Positions 9,515-19,178 of a stretch of DNA of 48,419 nt are shown here, piece after piece (positions within the stretch are counted from its first letter, which is position 1; each line of letters opens with the position of its first letter). The notes beneath the pieces are model-generated. The model was not told the origin of the DNA and ran no database searches. It saw nothing but the letters and a program-made list of their open reading frames with translations. Source of the DNA: Patulibacter sp. (lineage in GTDB: Bacteria > Actinomycetota > Thermoleophilia > Solirubrobacterales > Solirubrobacteraceae); NCBI GenBank assembly GCA_015478825.1, contig JADMKN010000242.1:1-48419 (forward strand), in the 5' to 3' direction. Made by a program: the position numbers and the translations under genes.

Positions 9515-11536
9515 CTACCGCCGCGCCCGCACCGTCACCCGCACCGACGCCTTCGAGCGCTCGTCGGCGTCGGCGCCTTGGGTGCGGACCTCGATCCGCA
9601 CGCGGCGCTTGCCGACCCGGCGCAGGTCGCGGCGCAGGGCCGAGGACAACCGCACGCGGAACGTGCGCTTCTGGCCGCTCTTGACGCGCACGGTGCGTCC
9701 GCCGACCCGGCGCGTCCGCGCCTCGCTGCGCGGGCTCGAACGGTACGTCGACCGCGCGGTCACGACCGACCAGCAGCCGCGCGACCCGGCGGACGACGGG
9801 CAACGCAGCGTCACGCGGATCCGGCCGCGACGGTCGTACCGGACGCTGCGCTGCTGCTTCGCGCCGCTACCGGCGACGCCCAGGGCGGGCACCGGCGCGG
9901 CGGGCGGCTGCGGGCCGTCGAACGGCGGGACCGGGATCGGCACCGGGAGGGGGGCCGGCGGAACGGGCGGCTGCGGCGGGCTCGGGGGCTGCGGGCTCGG
10001 ATCGACCGGCGGGTCGGGATCGGCCGGGGCCGTGCAGGGGGCCGGCGCGGCGGTGCTCGCGCTGGCGGCGCGACCGACGTAGAGCGCGACGATCTGGCCG
10101 TGGCAGACCGGCTCGTCGCCGGCGCGGCGGACGGCGCCGCCCTCGACCCGCGCCAGCCAGGTCCGCTGCGCGCTGTCGCCGGTCACGCCGTTGAGCGCGC
10201 GCACCGTGCCGTCGACGACCGACAGGCCGGTCACGCAGCCCGCGGGCTGGGCCGACGACGCGGCGGCCTCGAGCAGCTCCGCGACGGTGGCGCCGACCGG
10301 CGCCATCACCCGGCAGACCCGCAGGTCGCGTTCGTCGGTCGCGTCGATCCCGGCGTCGACCACGAGGGCCTGCGGCACGACGGCGCCGTCCGGGACCTTC
10401 GGCGACGAGACGGTGCGCGACGGGTCCGCGACGTACCCGGATCCGGTCAGCGCGCGGACGGCTTCCTGGGAGGCGTAGAGGTCGCCCTCGGCGTCGCCGA
10501 GGCTCAGCGGGAAGCCCCCCGCGTCCGGACCCGTGGTCAGCTGGTTGGCGATCAGGAAGTCGAGCGGGTTCTGGCTCGCGCCGGTCGTCCACTCGGCGCC
10601 CTGGGGGTCGACCCCGCAGGCGTTGAGCGCCATCACGACGGCCGCGGTCGAGTTGATGTTCCCGCTCGGGGCCCACGACGTCGCGATCGCCCCGTTGGAG
10701 ATCTGTCCGCCGTGGAGGTACGCGAGCCCGCGGACGATCGCCGGGTCGGTCGGGCGGACCCCGATGTCGCAGAGCGCGCCGATCGCCTGAGCCGTCATGT
10801 CGATGTCGCCGCGCCAGGAGTCCGCGCGCTCGCTCGGGTCGGTGACGCGGTTCCACGACCACGAGCCGTCGTCGAGCTGGTTGCTGCGGACCACGTCGGC
10901 GACCGTGTCGAGCAGCACCTGCGGGGCGGCGGTGCGGCTGAGCGCGAAGAGATTGCCGGTCGCCCCGCTCATCGGGGCGGGATCGCCGAAGTTGCCCTCG
11001 ATCCGGCCGACGTCGGGGGTCTCGCCGGTCGCGGGGCGGCCATGGTAGATCCCGGCGAGCTGGGCGACCAGGTTCTGGTCGGCCGACAGTCGCGTCGGCT
11101 CCAGTCCGATCGCGTGGCCGAGCAGCAGCGCGCGGCTGTAGTCGCTGGCCAGCAACGCCGGCGGGGGCGTGAACGGGTCGGGGCCGGACGGGGTCGTCCA
11201 GTCCTCGTCGCCGTCGGGACCGCTGGTCCACAGCGTGCGGTACGCCGCGAGCGCGCTCGGACCGTCCGGCGTCGCCCGGATCGTGTCGGCGTCGCGACCG
11301 GCGGCGGTGAGCGAGCTCAGCGCCCAGTCACCGCCGAAGCCGAGGAACCGCCCGTCCGGCGACTGCTGCGCTTCCAGGTAGTCAGCCCCGCGCTCGACCG
11401 CGGTCTGGATCTGGGCGGGGGTCGCGGCGCTCGCGGCCGGGGCGCTTGCGGCGAGGCCGGCGAGGGCGATGCCGACAAGGACCGCTCCGCGTCGCGCGCG
11501 GAATGATCGGAACGATCGGGAGGATGGAAGCTGCAT
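9515..11536 (-). CDS. Secreted transcobalamin-like protein: alpha/alpha barrel (prenyltransferase/squalene-oxidase repeats) + DUF4430-like beta domain + Pro linker + basic C-terminal domain
   Basis: ATG 11536 downstream of a cobalamin riboswitch; signal peptide; QW-like repeats (YLEAQQSPDG, NQLDDGSW); DIDMTAQAIGALC; NINSTAAVVMAL; then GATVAELL...VRALNG...TWLARVEG...GQIVALY. Confidence 0.8.
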   Translation of the reverse strand: MQLPSSRSFRSFRARRGAVLVGIALAGLAASAPAASAATPAQIQTAVERGADYLEAQQSPDGRFLGFGGDWALSSLTAAGRDADTIRATPDGPSALAAYRTLWTSGPDGDEDWTTPSGPDPFTPPPALLASDYSRALLLGHAIGLEPTRLSADQNLVAQLAGIYHGRPATGETPDVGRIEGNFGDPAPMSGATGNLFALSRTAAPQVLLDTVADVVRSNQLDDGSWSWNRVTDPSERADSWRGDIDMTAQAIGALCDIGVRPTDPAIVRGLAYLHGGQISNGAIATSWAPSGNINSTAAVVMALNACGVDPQGAEWTTGASQNPLDFLIANQLTTGPDAGGFPLSLGDAEGDLYASQEAVRALTGSGYVADPSRTVSSPKVPDGAVVPQALVVDAGIDATDERDLRVCRVMAPVGATVAELLEAAASSAQPAGCVTGLSVVDGTVRALNGVTGDSAQRTWLARVEGGAVRRAGDEPVCHGQIVALYVGRAASASTAAPAPCTAPADPDPPVDPSPQPPSPPQPPVPPAPLPVPIPVPPFDGPQPPAAPVPALGVAGSGAKQQRSVRYDRRGRIRVTLRCPSSAGSRGCWSVVTARSTYRSSPRSEARTRRVGGRTVRVKSGQKRTFRVRLSSALRRDLRRVGKRRVRIEVRTQGADADERSKASVRVTVRARR

Positions 11537-11589
11537 GCGGGATTCCTGTCTTCCAGCGACGGGACTCCGCACGGCGAGCGCGGATCCGG

Positions 11590-11795
11590 CCGTCTGGACG
11601 CGAGACGGGGTGGACGAAGCGGCCACGGTCGGATCTTCGGGCTCGGGATCGTCCGGTCGGCTCGCCTTCCCGGGACGCTCGCGCGCCCAGTGGCTTCCGG
11701 TGGCGCTCCTCTGCGGGAGGCCCCTTGTGAGCTGCCGTCCCCCATACCGCTGCGCGTCAGCCCCGGATTCGCACCGGAGTTCCCCGCTCGTGGAC
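11590..11795 (-). promoter_or_regulatory. Cobalamin riboswitch (minus strand)
   Basis: Reverse complement reads GGGGAACTCCGGTGCGAATCCGGGGCTGACGCGCAGCGGT...GCCACTGGG...CCCGGGAAGGC...GAGCCCGAAGATC. The P13 hairpin loop CGCGTCC (11590-11608) is complementary to L5 GACGCG. Confidence 0.9.
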
Positions 11796-11802
11796 GCCGA
11801 CA

Positions 11803-11873
11803 ACGGTAGCAGCCGATCGATCGAGCGATTCGACGCACGGACGGCGGAGCGGTGGTCCCGCCCGTGCTACCTT
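11803..11873. promoter_or_regulatory. Divergent extended -10 promoters for the two riboswitch leaders
   Basis: TGCTACCGT on the minus strand (11803-11811) and TGCTACCTT on the plus strand (11865-11873), each shortly before an aptamer. Confidence 0.5.
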
Positions 11874-11890
11874 CGGTCCCGAATATTCAG

Positions 11891-12075
11891 CGGATCGTGG
11901 ACGAGGGAAGACCGGTGAGAGACCGGCGCGGACCCGCCACTGTGAGCGAGAAGACCGCCGCACGCATGCGGTGCAGCCACTGGGGGACCCCTGGGAAGGC
12001 GCGGCGGCTTGGACTCGTGAGCCAGGAAACCTGCCCGGTCCGGCAACGTCGAGCACCCTTCGGGATACGGGGGAG
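11891..12075 (+). promoter_or_regulatory. Cobalamin riboswitch (plus strand)
   Basis: AGGGAAGACCGGTGAGAGACCGGCGCGGACCCGCCACTGT...GCCACTGGG..CCCTGGGAAGGC...GAGCCAGGAAACCTGCC (B12 box). The downstream hairpin CCCTT-CGGGATAC-GGGGG overlaps the GGAGG SD of the 12081 gene. Confidence 0.93.
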
Positions 12076-12080
12076 GACAG

Positions 12081-13715
12081 ATGGCTCGCTCCATCGCGGC
12101 TGGCTTCGGGCTCGCTGCCACCACCATCATCGCCAGCCTCGCGGCGGCCGCCACCGCGCCAGCCGCGCCGAGCGACCAGCGGATTCGGATCGAGGGCCGC
12201 AGCGCGACCCTCTTCGAGGGCCCGGTCCGGACCGACGGTCATACGATCAAGGCGGCGAGCGACAACCGGCCGCGACCGTGTGACGGCAGCGCATCGGGCG
12301 GCGGTCCGAACGCGACCCCGACCGCGGCGGCCGACGACGCGATGCGGCTGACCGGCCAGACGTTCGACGGGCGCTGGGGGTCGCACCAGGACTACTTCGT
12401 CACCCGTTTCGGCCCCGACGGACAGGAACCCGGCAGCGCCGCCTACTGGGGGATCGTCGTCAACGGGATCTACACCTCGGTCGGCGGTTGCCAGTACCGG
12501 CTGAAGCCCGGCGACCAGACGCTCTGGCTCTACGACGCGTTCAACGCCAAGCCGCAGCTCCGGCTCGACGGCCCGGGCAGCATCGGCGAGGCGACCGCCG
12601 CGGTCGAGGGCGGCCCGAGCGTCGCGCCGGTTCAGCAGGTCTTCACCGTCGGCCTGGCGCAGCCGTTCCCGGTCAGCGTCCAGCAGAGCGTCAGCCGCGG
12701 CGACGTCGGCGCACCGGGCGCGCGGGGTCCGGCGGCCGGCGTGATGGTCGCCCCGGTCGTCACCGACGCCACCGGCTGGCAGGCGGTCGTCCGCGGCGGC
12801 GCGGGCAGCGTCGTCACCGGACCCGACGGTCGCGCCACGCTCTCCTGGGACACGCCGGGCTGGAAGCGGATCAAGGCCGACGGCGACGGCTTCGTGCGGT
12901 CCAACCGGCTCGACGTCTGCGTGCTCCCCTGTGGTCCGGCGCCCGCGGACGCGCTCGCCCGGACCGCCCCGCCGACCACGCTGCCGGCTCCGGACCCCGG
13001 GACCGGCACGGGCAGCGGCTCGCTGGTCGACGGCAGCAGCGGCAGCAGCAGCGGGGACGGCGGCGGTCGCGCGCTGCCGACGATCACGCTCGGCCCGTCG
13101 AAGGTCGACGGCCTGCGGGTCACCACCGACGGCCACGCGTCGGGCCGCGTCGGCGTGCGCTGGACGGTGCAGGGCGCTCCGCTGCGGGCCTGGCGGATCG
13201 AGTCGCGGACCAAGCGGCGCAAGCCGGGCGGACGCTGGTCGACCGAGGCCCGCGGCAGCGACGAGACGACGGCGATGCTCGACCTGCCGACCGGCCGGAC
13301 CGCCGAGCTCCGGGTTCGGCTGACGGGCGCGTCGGGCGTGACCGTCACGCGCAAGCTGCCGAGCGTCGTGGTCCCCGTCGACGATCGCCTGCGGTCGGTG
13401 CGGTTCGGCGGCCGCTGGGCCCGTGATCGAGACGTGCGCGCGTGGCGTCTGACCACCACCAGGATGCGCAAGGGCGCCACGGTGAAGACCCGGATCCGCG
13501 CCGGCCGGCCGACGCTCGTCGTCCGCTCCGACCGGCGGACCGCGCGGATCGAGATGCGCGTCGGCAACGGGAAGCCGCAGCGGCTGAAGGTGCGCGGCCG
13601 CAAGGACGGCCGCACCGTGTTCGTGACGGGCCGACGGTCGAAGAAGACCGCGACCGTCCGCGTGAAGGTGCTGTCGGGGACCGTCCACGTCGACGGGGTG
13701 GCCGCCCGGCCGTGA
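12081..13715 (+). CDS. Secreted DUF4430 (transcobalamin C-terminal-like) protein with FN3-like region and basic C-terminal domain
   Basis: GGAGG RBS; signal peptide; YFVTRFG...YWGIVVNG..TSVGGCQYRLKPGDQTLWLY motif; K/R-rich tail. Confidence 0.8.
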   Translation: MARSIAAGFGLAATTIIASLAAAATAPAAPSDQRIRIEGRSATLFEGPVRTDGHTIKAASDNRPRPCDGSASGGGPNATPTAAADDAMRLTGQTFDGRWGSHQDYFVTRFGPDGQEPGSAAYWGIVVNGIYTSVGGCQYRLKPGDQTLWLYDAFNAKPQLRLDGPGSIGEATAAVEGGPSVAPVQQVFTVGLAQPFPVSVQQSVSRGDVGAPGARGPAAGVMVAPVVTDATGWQAVVRGGAGSVVTGPDGRATLSWDTPGWKRIKADGDGFVRSNRLDVCVLPCGPAPADALARTAPPTTLPAPDPGTGTGSGSLVDGSSGSSSGDGGGRALPTITLGPSKVDGLRVTTDGHASGRVGVRWTVQGAPLRAWRIESRTKRRKPGGRWSTEARGSDETTAMLDLPTGRTAELRVRLTGASGVTVTRKLPSVVVPVDDRLRSVRFGGRWARDRDVRAWRLTTTRMRKGATVKTRIRAGRPTLVVRSDRRTARIEMRVGNGKPQRLKVRGRKDGRTVFVTGRRSKKTATVRVKVLSGTVHVDGVAARP

Positions 13716-15421
13716 CCCGCGGCGTCGTCGATCGGGGGATCCGGGGTCCGGACCGTGCCGCCGCGTGGCCGGCGGCGTGCGTCCTGGCGCTGCTGATCGG
13801 CGTGCTCGTGGTCGCCGGCGGCCTCGGTGACGGGCGGCTTGCCCCCGCGCCCGCCGCAGCCGCGGACGCCAAGCCCGGCCAGCGGAGCGAGGCCCGGCTC
13901 GACGACCTGGTCGGGTTCCTCCAGGACACCCAGAACGACGATGGCGGCTACGGCGGGTCGCCCGGCGCGGCGTCCGATCCGCTGATCAGCGCCTGGGTCG
14001 GGATCGGCCTGGCGGCGGCGGGCATCAACCCGCAGGACCAGAAGCCCCCGGGCGCGCGTTCGACCAGCGTCGCCTCGTACCTGGCCAAGCAGGGCCCGGC
14101 CCGGACCGGCGGCGCGCCGCCGGTCACCACCGAGTACGCGCGGATCGGGATGTTCGTCAACGCGGCGGGGATGGACCCCCGCAAGTTCGGCGGACGCGAC
14201 TACGTGGCGCCGCTGCTCGCCCGGCAGGCGACCGTCCCGGCGACGGTCGGCGACGTCGGGGTGCCGCCGGGGTGGTTCCCGCACGCCGACGGTGGCACAG
14301 TCCCCGGGGTCAACGACACGATCTTCGCGGTCTTCTTCCTGACGGGCCTGCAGGACCGGTCGGTGCGTCCCGCGATCCAGCGGGCGACGGACGCGATCAT
14401 CGCGATGCAGCGCCCCGACGGCACCTGGCCGGCGACCCGTCCCGGCGACGGGGTCAACGTCGACATGACCGGCGCGGCGGTCCAGGCGCTGTGCGCGGCC
14501 GGGCGCTGCGGGGAGGACCCGGTCAAGCGGGCGATCGCCTACCTGCGCCAGAGCCAGCAGTCCGACGGCGGCTGGCAGGCCGGCGACCTGGGCGGCGAGC
14601 TCGCCGGTCAGTCGAACGCGGGCACCACGCCGTGGGTCGTCCAGGCGCTCTGGGCGGTCGGCGAGGACCCCGCGAAGTGGAAGCCCGCCGGGAAGGACCC
14701 GCTGCAGTTCCTGGCGGGATTGCAGCGCCGCGACGGCAGCGTGATGTGGCGGGCGTCGCAGGACATGAACCCGACCTGGATGACCGCCTACGCGGCTCCG
14801 GCGTTCGCCGGACACGCCTGGCCCGTCCCCGCGCCCCCGCGGGCGGCCGAGGTCAAGGCGGCCAAGCAGGCCAAGGCCGAGAAGCGGGCCGCCGCCAAGC
14901 GAGCCGCGGCGCGCCGGATCGAGGCCGAGCGGACGGCGGGCAACGCGGGCGAGGCGGCCGACGGCGACGGCGCGACCGCGACCGGCGGCGGGGGCCGCGG
15001 CGCCGATCTGTTCTCGCGCCCGCAGCCGCAGAGCCTGGGCGACACGACCGGCGGCGTGCGCGACACGGAGCGCGAGCAGGAGCGGCAGGAGAGCACGAAG
15101 GGCGACGACGGCGCCACCGGCACGGCGGCCGCGTCCGGCGTCGGCGACGACGGCGGGGTCGAGAACGCGCCGCCGTCGCCGGAGCCGCCCGCGGCCGAGA
15201 GCCCGGGCGTCGGCCGGCTGATCAGCGGCCAGGTCGTCGAGGCGCCCCGCGGAACCGAGGGACGGCAGTTGGACGACGCCGTGGCGGCCGGCCTGCGGAC
15301 CGCCCAGGCGGGCGGCGCCGCGACGCCCTGGGCCGCGACGGCGCTCGGCGGGGCGATCGCGCTCTGCATGCTTATCGGGATGCGACTCGAGACGCGACCG
15401 GGGTCGCGGTGGGGACGGTGA
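13712..15421 (+). CDS. Exported alpha/alpha-barrel (prenyltransferase-repeat, transcobalamin alpha-like) protein with C-terminal membrane anchor
   Basis: GTGA overlap with the previous gene; QNDDGGY, QRPDGTW, QQSDGGW repeats; NVDMTGAAVQALC; NAGTTPWVVQAL; long low-complexity stalk, TM helix and Arg-rich tail. Confidence 0.8.
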   Translation: MTRGVVDRGIRGPDRAAAWPAACVLALLIGVLVVAGGLGDGRLAPAPAAAADAKPGQRSEARLDDLVGFLQDTQNDDGGYGGSPGAASDPLISAWVGIGLAAAGINPQDQKPPGARSTSVASYLAKQGPARTGGAPPVTTEYARIGMFVNAAGMDPRKFGGRDYVAPLLARQATVPATVGDVGVPPGWFPHADGGTVPGVNDTIFAVFFLTGLQDRSVRPAIQRATDAIIAMQRPDGTWPATRPGDGVNVDMTGAAVQALCAAGRCGEDPVKRAIAYLRQSQQSDGGWQAGDLGGELAGQSNAGTTPWVVQALWAVGEDPAKWKPAGKDPLQFLAGLQRRDGSVMWRASQDMNPTWMTAYAAPAFAGHAWPVPAPPRAAEVKAAKQAKAEKRAAAKRAAARRIEAERTAGNAGEAADGDGATATGGGGRGADLFSRPQPQSLGDTTGGVRDTEREQERQESTKGDDGATGTAAASGVGDDGGVENAPPSPEPPAAESPGVGRLISGQVVEAPRGTEGRQLDDAVAAGLRTAQAGGAATPWAATALGGAIALCMLIGMRLETRPGSRWGR

Positions 15422-16422
15422 ACGTGCGAGGCACGGCGACGGATCGGTGCGGAACGACGCAGGACGGCGCGCGGCCCGCGCAGAGCGGGGCGCGGCCGGG
15501 CCGAACCCGGCGATCCTTGGTCGCGCTCGTCGCGGCGACCGCCGCGATCAGCGGCTGCGGCGTCGGCGCGGGCGAGACCCCCGAGGACGTCGGACTGCGG
15601 GTGACCGATCGCTTCGGCAGCGAGGTCGTGGTCGACCGGCCGCGGGCCGAGGTCGAGGGCGAGGACACCGTGGTCCGCCTGCTCCAGCGCAACGTCCCGA
15701 TCGAAACCGACGCTGGCGGGACGTTCGTGTCGGCGATCGACGGCCGGGTCGGCGGCGAGGCCGCGGACGGCTCGACCCCGTACTGGGTCTTCTTCCGCAA
15801 CGGCGTGCTGAGCGACAAGGGCGCCGCGGGGGTGCAGGTCGCCGACGGCGACCGGATCTGGTGGGACCGTCACGACCAGCGGATCGCCAACGTCCAGGGC
15901 GTCGTCGGGTCGTTCCCGATGCCGTTCACGGCGCGTGAGGACGGCGAGCCGCCCGCGGTCGAGCTCGGCTGCGTCGACGTCGCCGCTGCCGCCTGCCGGA
16001 TCGCCGGCGAGCGCCTGACCGCGGCGGGCGTCGCGGTAACCGCCGCCGAGCTCGCCCCGCAGTCCGCGCCCAATCGGTTGCGCGTGCTCGTCGGTCCGTG
16101 GGACGGGATCCGACGGGATCCGGTCGCCGCGCGTCTGGAAGCCCCCCCGAGGACCTCGGGCGTGCTGGCGCGCGTGCGCGACGAGCGGTTGATCCCGTAC
16201 CGGGCGGACGGTACGGCGGCCCCGACGATCGGGGCCGGATGGGGGCTGATCGCGGCTACGCGGGTCCGGCGCGAGCCGATGACCTGGGTCGTCAGCGGAC
16301 GGACCGCGCTCGACGCCCAGTCGGCCGCCGAGCTGCTGACCGCCGACGTGCTCGACGGGGCCTTCGCCCTGCTCGTCCGCGATCGCGCGCCCCGGCCGCT
16401 GCCGTTCCCGGCGGCGGAGTGA
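15418..16422 (+). CDS. DUF4430-domain lipoprotein, putative B12-binding accessory of the ECF transporter
   Basis: GTGA overlap; lipobox ISGC; TVVRLLQ...FVSAIDG...YWVFFRNG..SDKGAAGVQVADGDRIWW. Confidence 0.8.
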   Translation: MNVRGTATDRCGTTQDGARPAQSGARPGRTRRSLVALVAATAAISGCGVGAGETPEDVGLRVTDRFGSEVVVDRPRAEVEGEDTVVRLLQRNVPIETDAGGTFVSAIDGRVGGEAADGSTPYWVFFRNGVLSDKGAAGVQVADGDRIWWDRHDQRIANVQGVVGSFPMPFTAREDGEPPAVELGCVDVAAAACRIAGERLTAAGVAVTAAELAPQSAPNRLRVLVGPWDGIRRDPVAARLEAPPRTSGVLARVRDERLIPYRADGTAAPTIGAGWGLIAATRVRREPMTWVVSGRTALDAQSAAELLTADVLDGAFALLVRDRAPRPLPFPAAE

Positions 16423-17423
16423 GTCCCGGGCTCGCACCCGGCCGTCCGTCCTCGGCGGCGGCGGGAACCACGGCCCCCGCCGCCACGTCGCGCCGTCGCG
16501 GGCGCGCCGGCCGCGACGTGCTGGTCGGCCTGGCGTCGATCGCCTACCGGCGGCGCGCGACGGCGCTGCACGCGGCCCGGCCGGCGGTCGCGGCCGTCTA
16601 CTGCGCCGCGCTCGGCGCGCTGACGCTGGCGATCTCGAATCCGCTGCTGCTCGGGGCCACGCTGATCAGCGTGCTCGCGGTCGGGACGCTGACCGGCGCC
16701 CTGCCGAGCCAGCGGCGGGCGATGGTCGTCGCGCTGCCGCTGGCCGTGCTCGTGCTGCTGGTCAACGTGCTCGTCAGCCACCACGGCCTGACGGTGCTGC
16801 TGCGCCTCGGCGAGTGGCCGGTCGTCGGTCGGGTCGACGTCACCGCGGAGTCGCTCGCCGCGGGTGGCGTGCTGGCGCTGCGCGTGATCGTGGTGATCCT
16901 GGTCGGCGTGCTCGCCGCGGTCACGGTCGACCCGGACCGCCTGCTGACCGCCGCCCGGCGCTGGTGGCCGGCCGGCGCGCTCAGCTCGGCGCTCGCGCTG
17001 CGGGTCGTCCCCGTGCTCGCCCGCGACGGCGCGCGGCTCGCCGACGCGCGGCGCTGCCGCCCCGACGGCGTTCCCGGAGCCCACGACGACCGCCGCGCCC
17101 GGCTGCTGGTGCTGCGTGCGGTGACCGCGTCGGTGCTCGACCGGGCGAGTGACCTGGCGGCGACGCTCGAGCTGCGGGGGCACGGGCTGCGCCACCGCCC
17201 GACGCGGGTCCGACCGCCGTGGTCGCGCCACGACCGGGCGTTCCTCGGGTCGACGCTGGTGCTCGTGGGCGTGGCGGCCGTCGCGCTGGTGTCGGGCGCC
17301 GGACGGCTGACCACCGACCCGCGGCTGGAGACGCCGGACGGGGCGCTGCCGCTGGTCCTGGCCGCGCTGGTGCCGCTGGCCGCGCTGGCGCCGCTGCTGA
17401 ACCGCACGGGGACGTCGGCGTGA
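16419..17423 (+). CDS. ECF transporter T component (CbiQ/EcfT family)
   Basis: GTGA overlap; several TM helices; ALRVVP, ARRCR and LELRG coupling-helix motifs. Confidence 0.85.
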   Translation: MSPGLAPGRPSSAAAGTTAPAATSRRRGRAGRDVLVGLASIAYRRRATALHAARPAVAAVYCAALGALTLAISNPLLLGATLISVLAVGTLTGALPSQRRAMVVALPLAVLVLLVNVLVSHHGLTVLLRLGEWPVVGRVDVTAESLAAGGVLALRVIVVILVGVLAAVTVDPDRLLTAARRWWPAGALSSALALRVVPVLARDGARLADARRCRPDGVPGAHDDRRARLLVLRAVTASVLDRASDLAATLELRGHGLRHRPTRVRPPWSRHDRAFLGSTLVLVGVAAVALVSGAGRLTTDPRLETPDGALPLVLAALVPLAALAPLLNRTGTSA

Positions 17424-19141
17424 CCGCCGCGCGCTCGCCCGCGAATCCGGCGGGGCCCGAGCCCGAGGACCGTGCCGCGACGCCGGACGGCCGGACCACG
17501 ACGCCGCCCGCGCTCGCCTTCGAGCGCGTCGGCTATCTCTACCCGGACGCGACCATCCCGTCGCTGGCCGACGTCTCGTTCACCGTCTGCCCCGGCGAGT
17601 TCGTGGTCCTGGTCGGCGCGTCGGGATCCGGCAAGTCGACGCTGCTGCGGGCGGCCTGCGGACTGGCGCCGCACCACCAGGGCGGCACGCTGTCGGGGCA
17701 CGTGCGGGTCGCCGGACAGGACACCCGCGACGCCGGGCCGGCCGAGCTGGCCGAGCGCGTCGGCACGGTGCTCCAGGACCCCGAGACCCAGGTCGTGCTG
17801 AACACGGTGCGGGCCGAGCTGGCGCTGCCGCTGGAGCTGCGCGGTCGTGCGCCGGCGTCGATCGCCCGGGCCGTCGAGGAGGTCGCGCTGGCGCTCGGGA
17901 TCGAGGCGCTGCTGGACCGCGGCACCCACGAGCTGTCCGGCGGCGAGCTGCAGCGGGTGGCGCTCGGGGCCGCGTTGGCGCCGGGCGGAGCCGGCGGCGC
18001 GCTGCGGCTGTTCCTGCTCGACGAGCCGACGTCGCAGCTCGACCCGGTCGCCGGCGACGAGCTGGTCTGGCTGCTGCGACGCCTGAACGAGGAGCACGGC
18101 TGCGCGGTGCTGCTGGCCGAGCACCGCCTTGACCGCTGCCTGCACCACGCCGACCGGGTGCTCGCGATGGACGGCGGCCGGATCGTCTGCGACGCGCCGC
18201 CGAGCGCGTTCCTGGCGTGGGCGGCCGACGCGGCGCCGGACCTGCTGCCGCCCGCGGCCCGGATCTTCCGGGTGGCAGGTCGGTCGCTGCTGCCGGTCGG
18301 GGTCAAGGACGCCCGGGACGCGCTGCGGCGCGAGCCGGCCGTGGGCCCGACGTCGGTCGAGCCCGCCGTGGCCACCGCGCCCGCGGACCGGTCCCGCTGG
18401 TGGCGACGCGCGCGTGAGGCAGAGACGACCGGCGGCCCGGCGATCGCCACCCGTGGCCTGTGGCGGGAGATCGCCGACGGGCCGACGGTGCTGCGCGGCA
18501 TCGACCTGCGCGTCGATCCAGGCGAGCGGATCGCGTTGATGGGCCGCAACGGCGCCGGCAAGTCGACGTTGCTGCGGGTCCTGGCCGACCTCGACGACCC
18601 GACCGGTGGACGGATCGACCGCGCCGGACCGTTCGGCCTGCTGCCGCAGAACCCGAACGACATGCTGCTCCACGACCGGGTCGGCGATGAGGCGCCGGCC
18701 CACGCCCTCGGGCTCGTGGGTCTGAGCGATCTGGTCGATCGCCATCCGCGCGAGCTGTCCGGCGGCGAGCGGCAGCGGCTGGCGCTGGCGGTCGTGCTGG
18801 GCGGGACGACGGCTCCCGCCGCGCTCGGGCTCGACGAGCCGACGCGGGGGATGGACCACGTCGCGCTGACCGCGCTGCAGGCGGAGCTACGACGGCTCGC
18901 GGGCGAGGGGACGGCGGTGATCGTCGCGACCCACGACGTCGAGTTCGCGGCCACGTTCGCGGAACGCGTGGTGCTGATGGCCGACGGTCGCGTGATCGCC
19001 GACGGCCGCCCGGCCGACGTGCTCGCGGGCGGCTGGTACTTCGCCACCCAGGCGGCCCGGATCCTCGGCGTGCCCGGCGTCGTGACCGCCGAGCAGGGCG
19101 GCGCGTGGCTGGGCCGCCGAGACGGAGGCGAGCCGGCATGA
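17420..19141 (+). CDS. ECF transporter fused double ATPase (A-A')
   Basis: GTGA overlap; two Walker A motifs (GASGSGKST, GRNGAGKST); QDPETQ Q-loop; two LSGGE; LDEPTSQLD and LDEPTRGMD. Confidence 0.92.
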   Translation: MTAARSPANPAGPEPEDRAATPDGRTTTPPALAFERVGYLYPDATIPSLADVSFTVCPGEFVVLVGASGSGKSTLLRAACGLAPHHQGGTLSGHVRVAGQDTRDAGPAELAERVGTVLQDPETQVVLNTVRAELALPLELRGRAPASIARAVEEVALALGIEALLDRGTHELSGGELQRVALGAALAPGGAGGALRLFLLDEPTSQLDPVAGDELVWLLRRLNEEHGCAVLLAEHRLDRCLHHADRVLAMDGGRIVCDAPPSAFLAWAADAAPDLLPPAARIFRVAGRSLLPVGVKDARDALRREPAVGPTSVEPAVATAPADRSRWWRRAREAETTGGPAIATRGLWREIADGPTVLRGIDLRVDPGERIALMGRNGAGKSTLLRVLADLDDPTGGRIDRAGPFGLLPQNPNDMLLHDRVGDEAPAHALGLVGLSDLVDRHPRELSGGERQRLALAVVLGGTTAPAALGLDEPTRGMDHVALTALQAELRRLAGEGTAVIVATHDVEFAATFAERVVLMADGRVIADGRPADVLAGGWYFATQAARILGVPGVVTAEQGGAWLGRRDGGEPA

Positions 19142-19178
19142 CCGTCGGGTCGCTCGTGCCGAGGGAGGCGGACGGAGG

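Noticed and set aside
13031-13053. GGCAGCAGC short tandem repeat (also PTTPR repeats near 38370 and Pro-rich repeats near 9900 and 22550)
   Set aside because: In-frame low-complexity linkers; not CRISPR, and no sign of phase variation.
9515-15421. Terpene cyclase / hopanoid biosynthesis reading of the barrel proteins
   Set aside because: The proteins are exported, have a single barrel, lack the catalytic DxDD (DIDM/NVDM) and sit under B12 riboswitches with cbrT.
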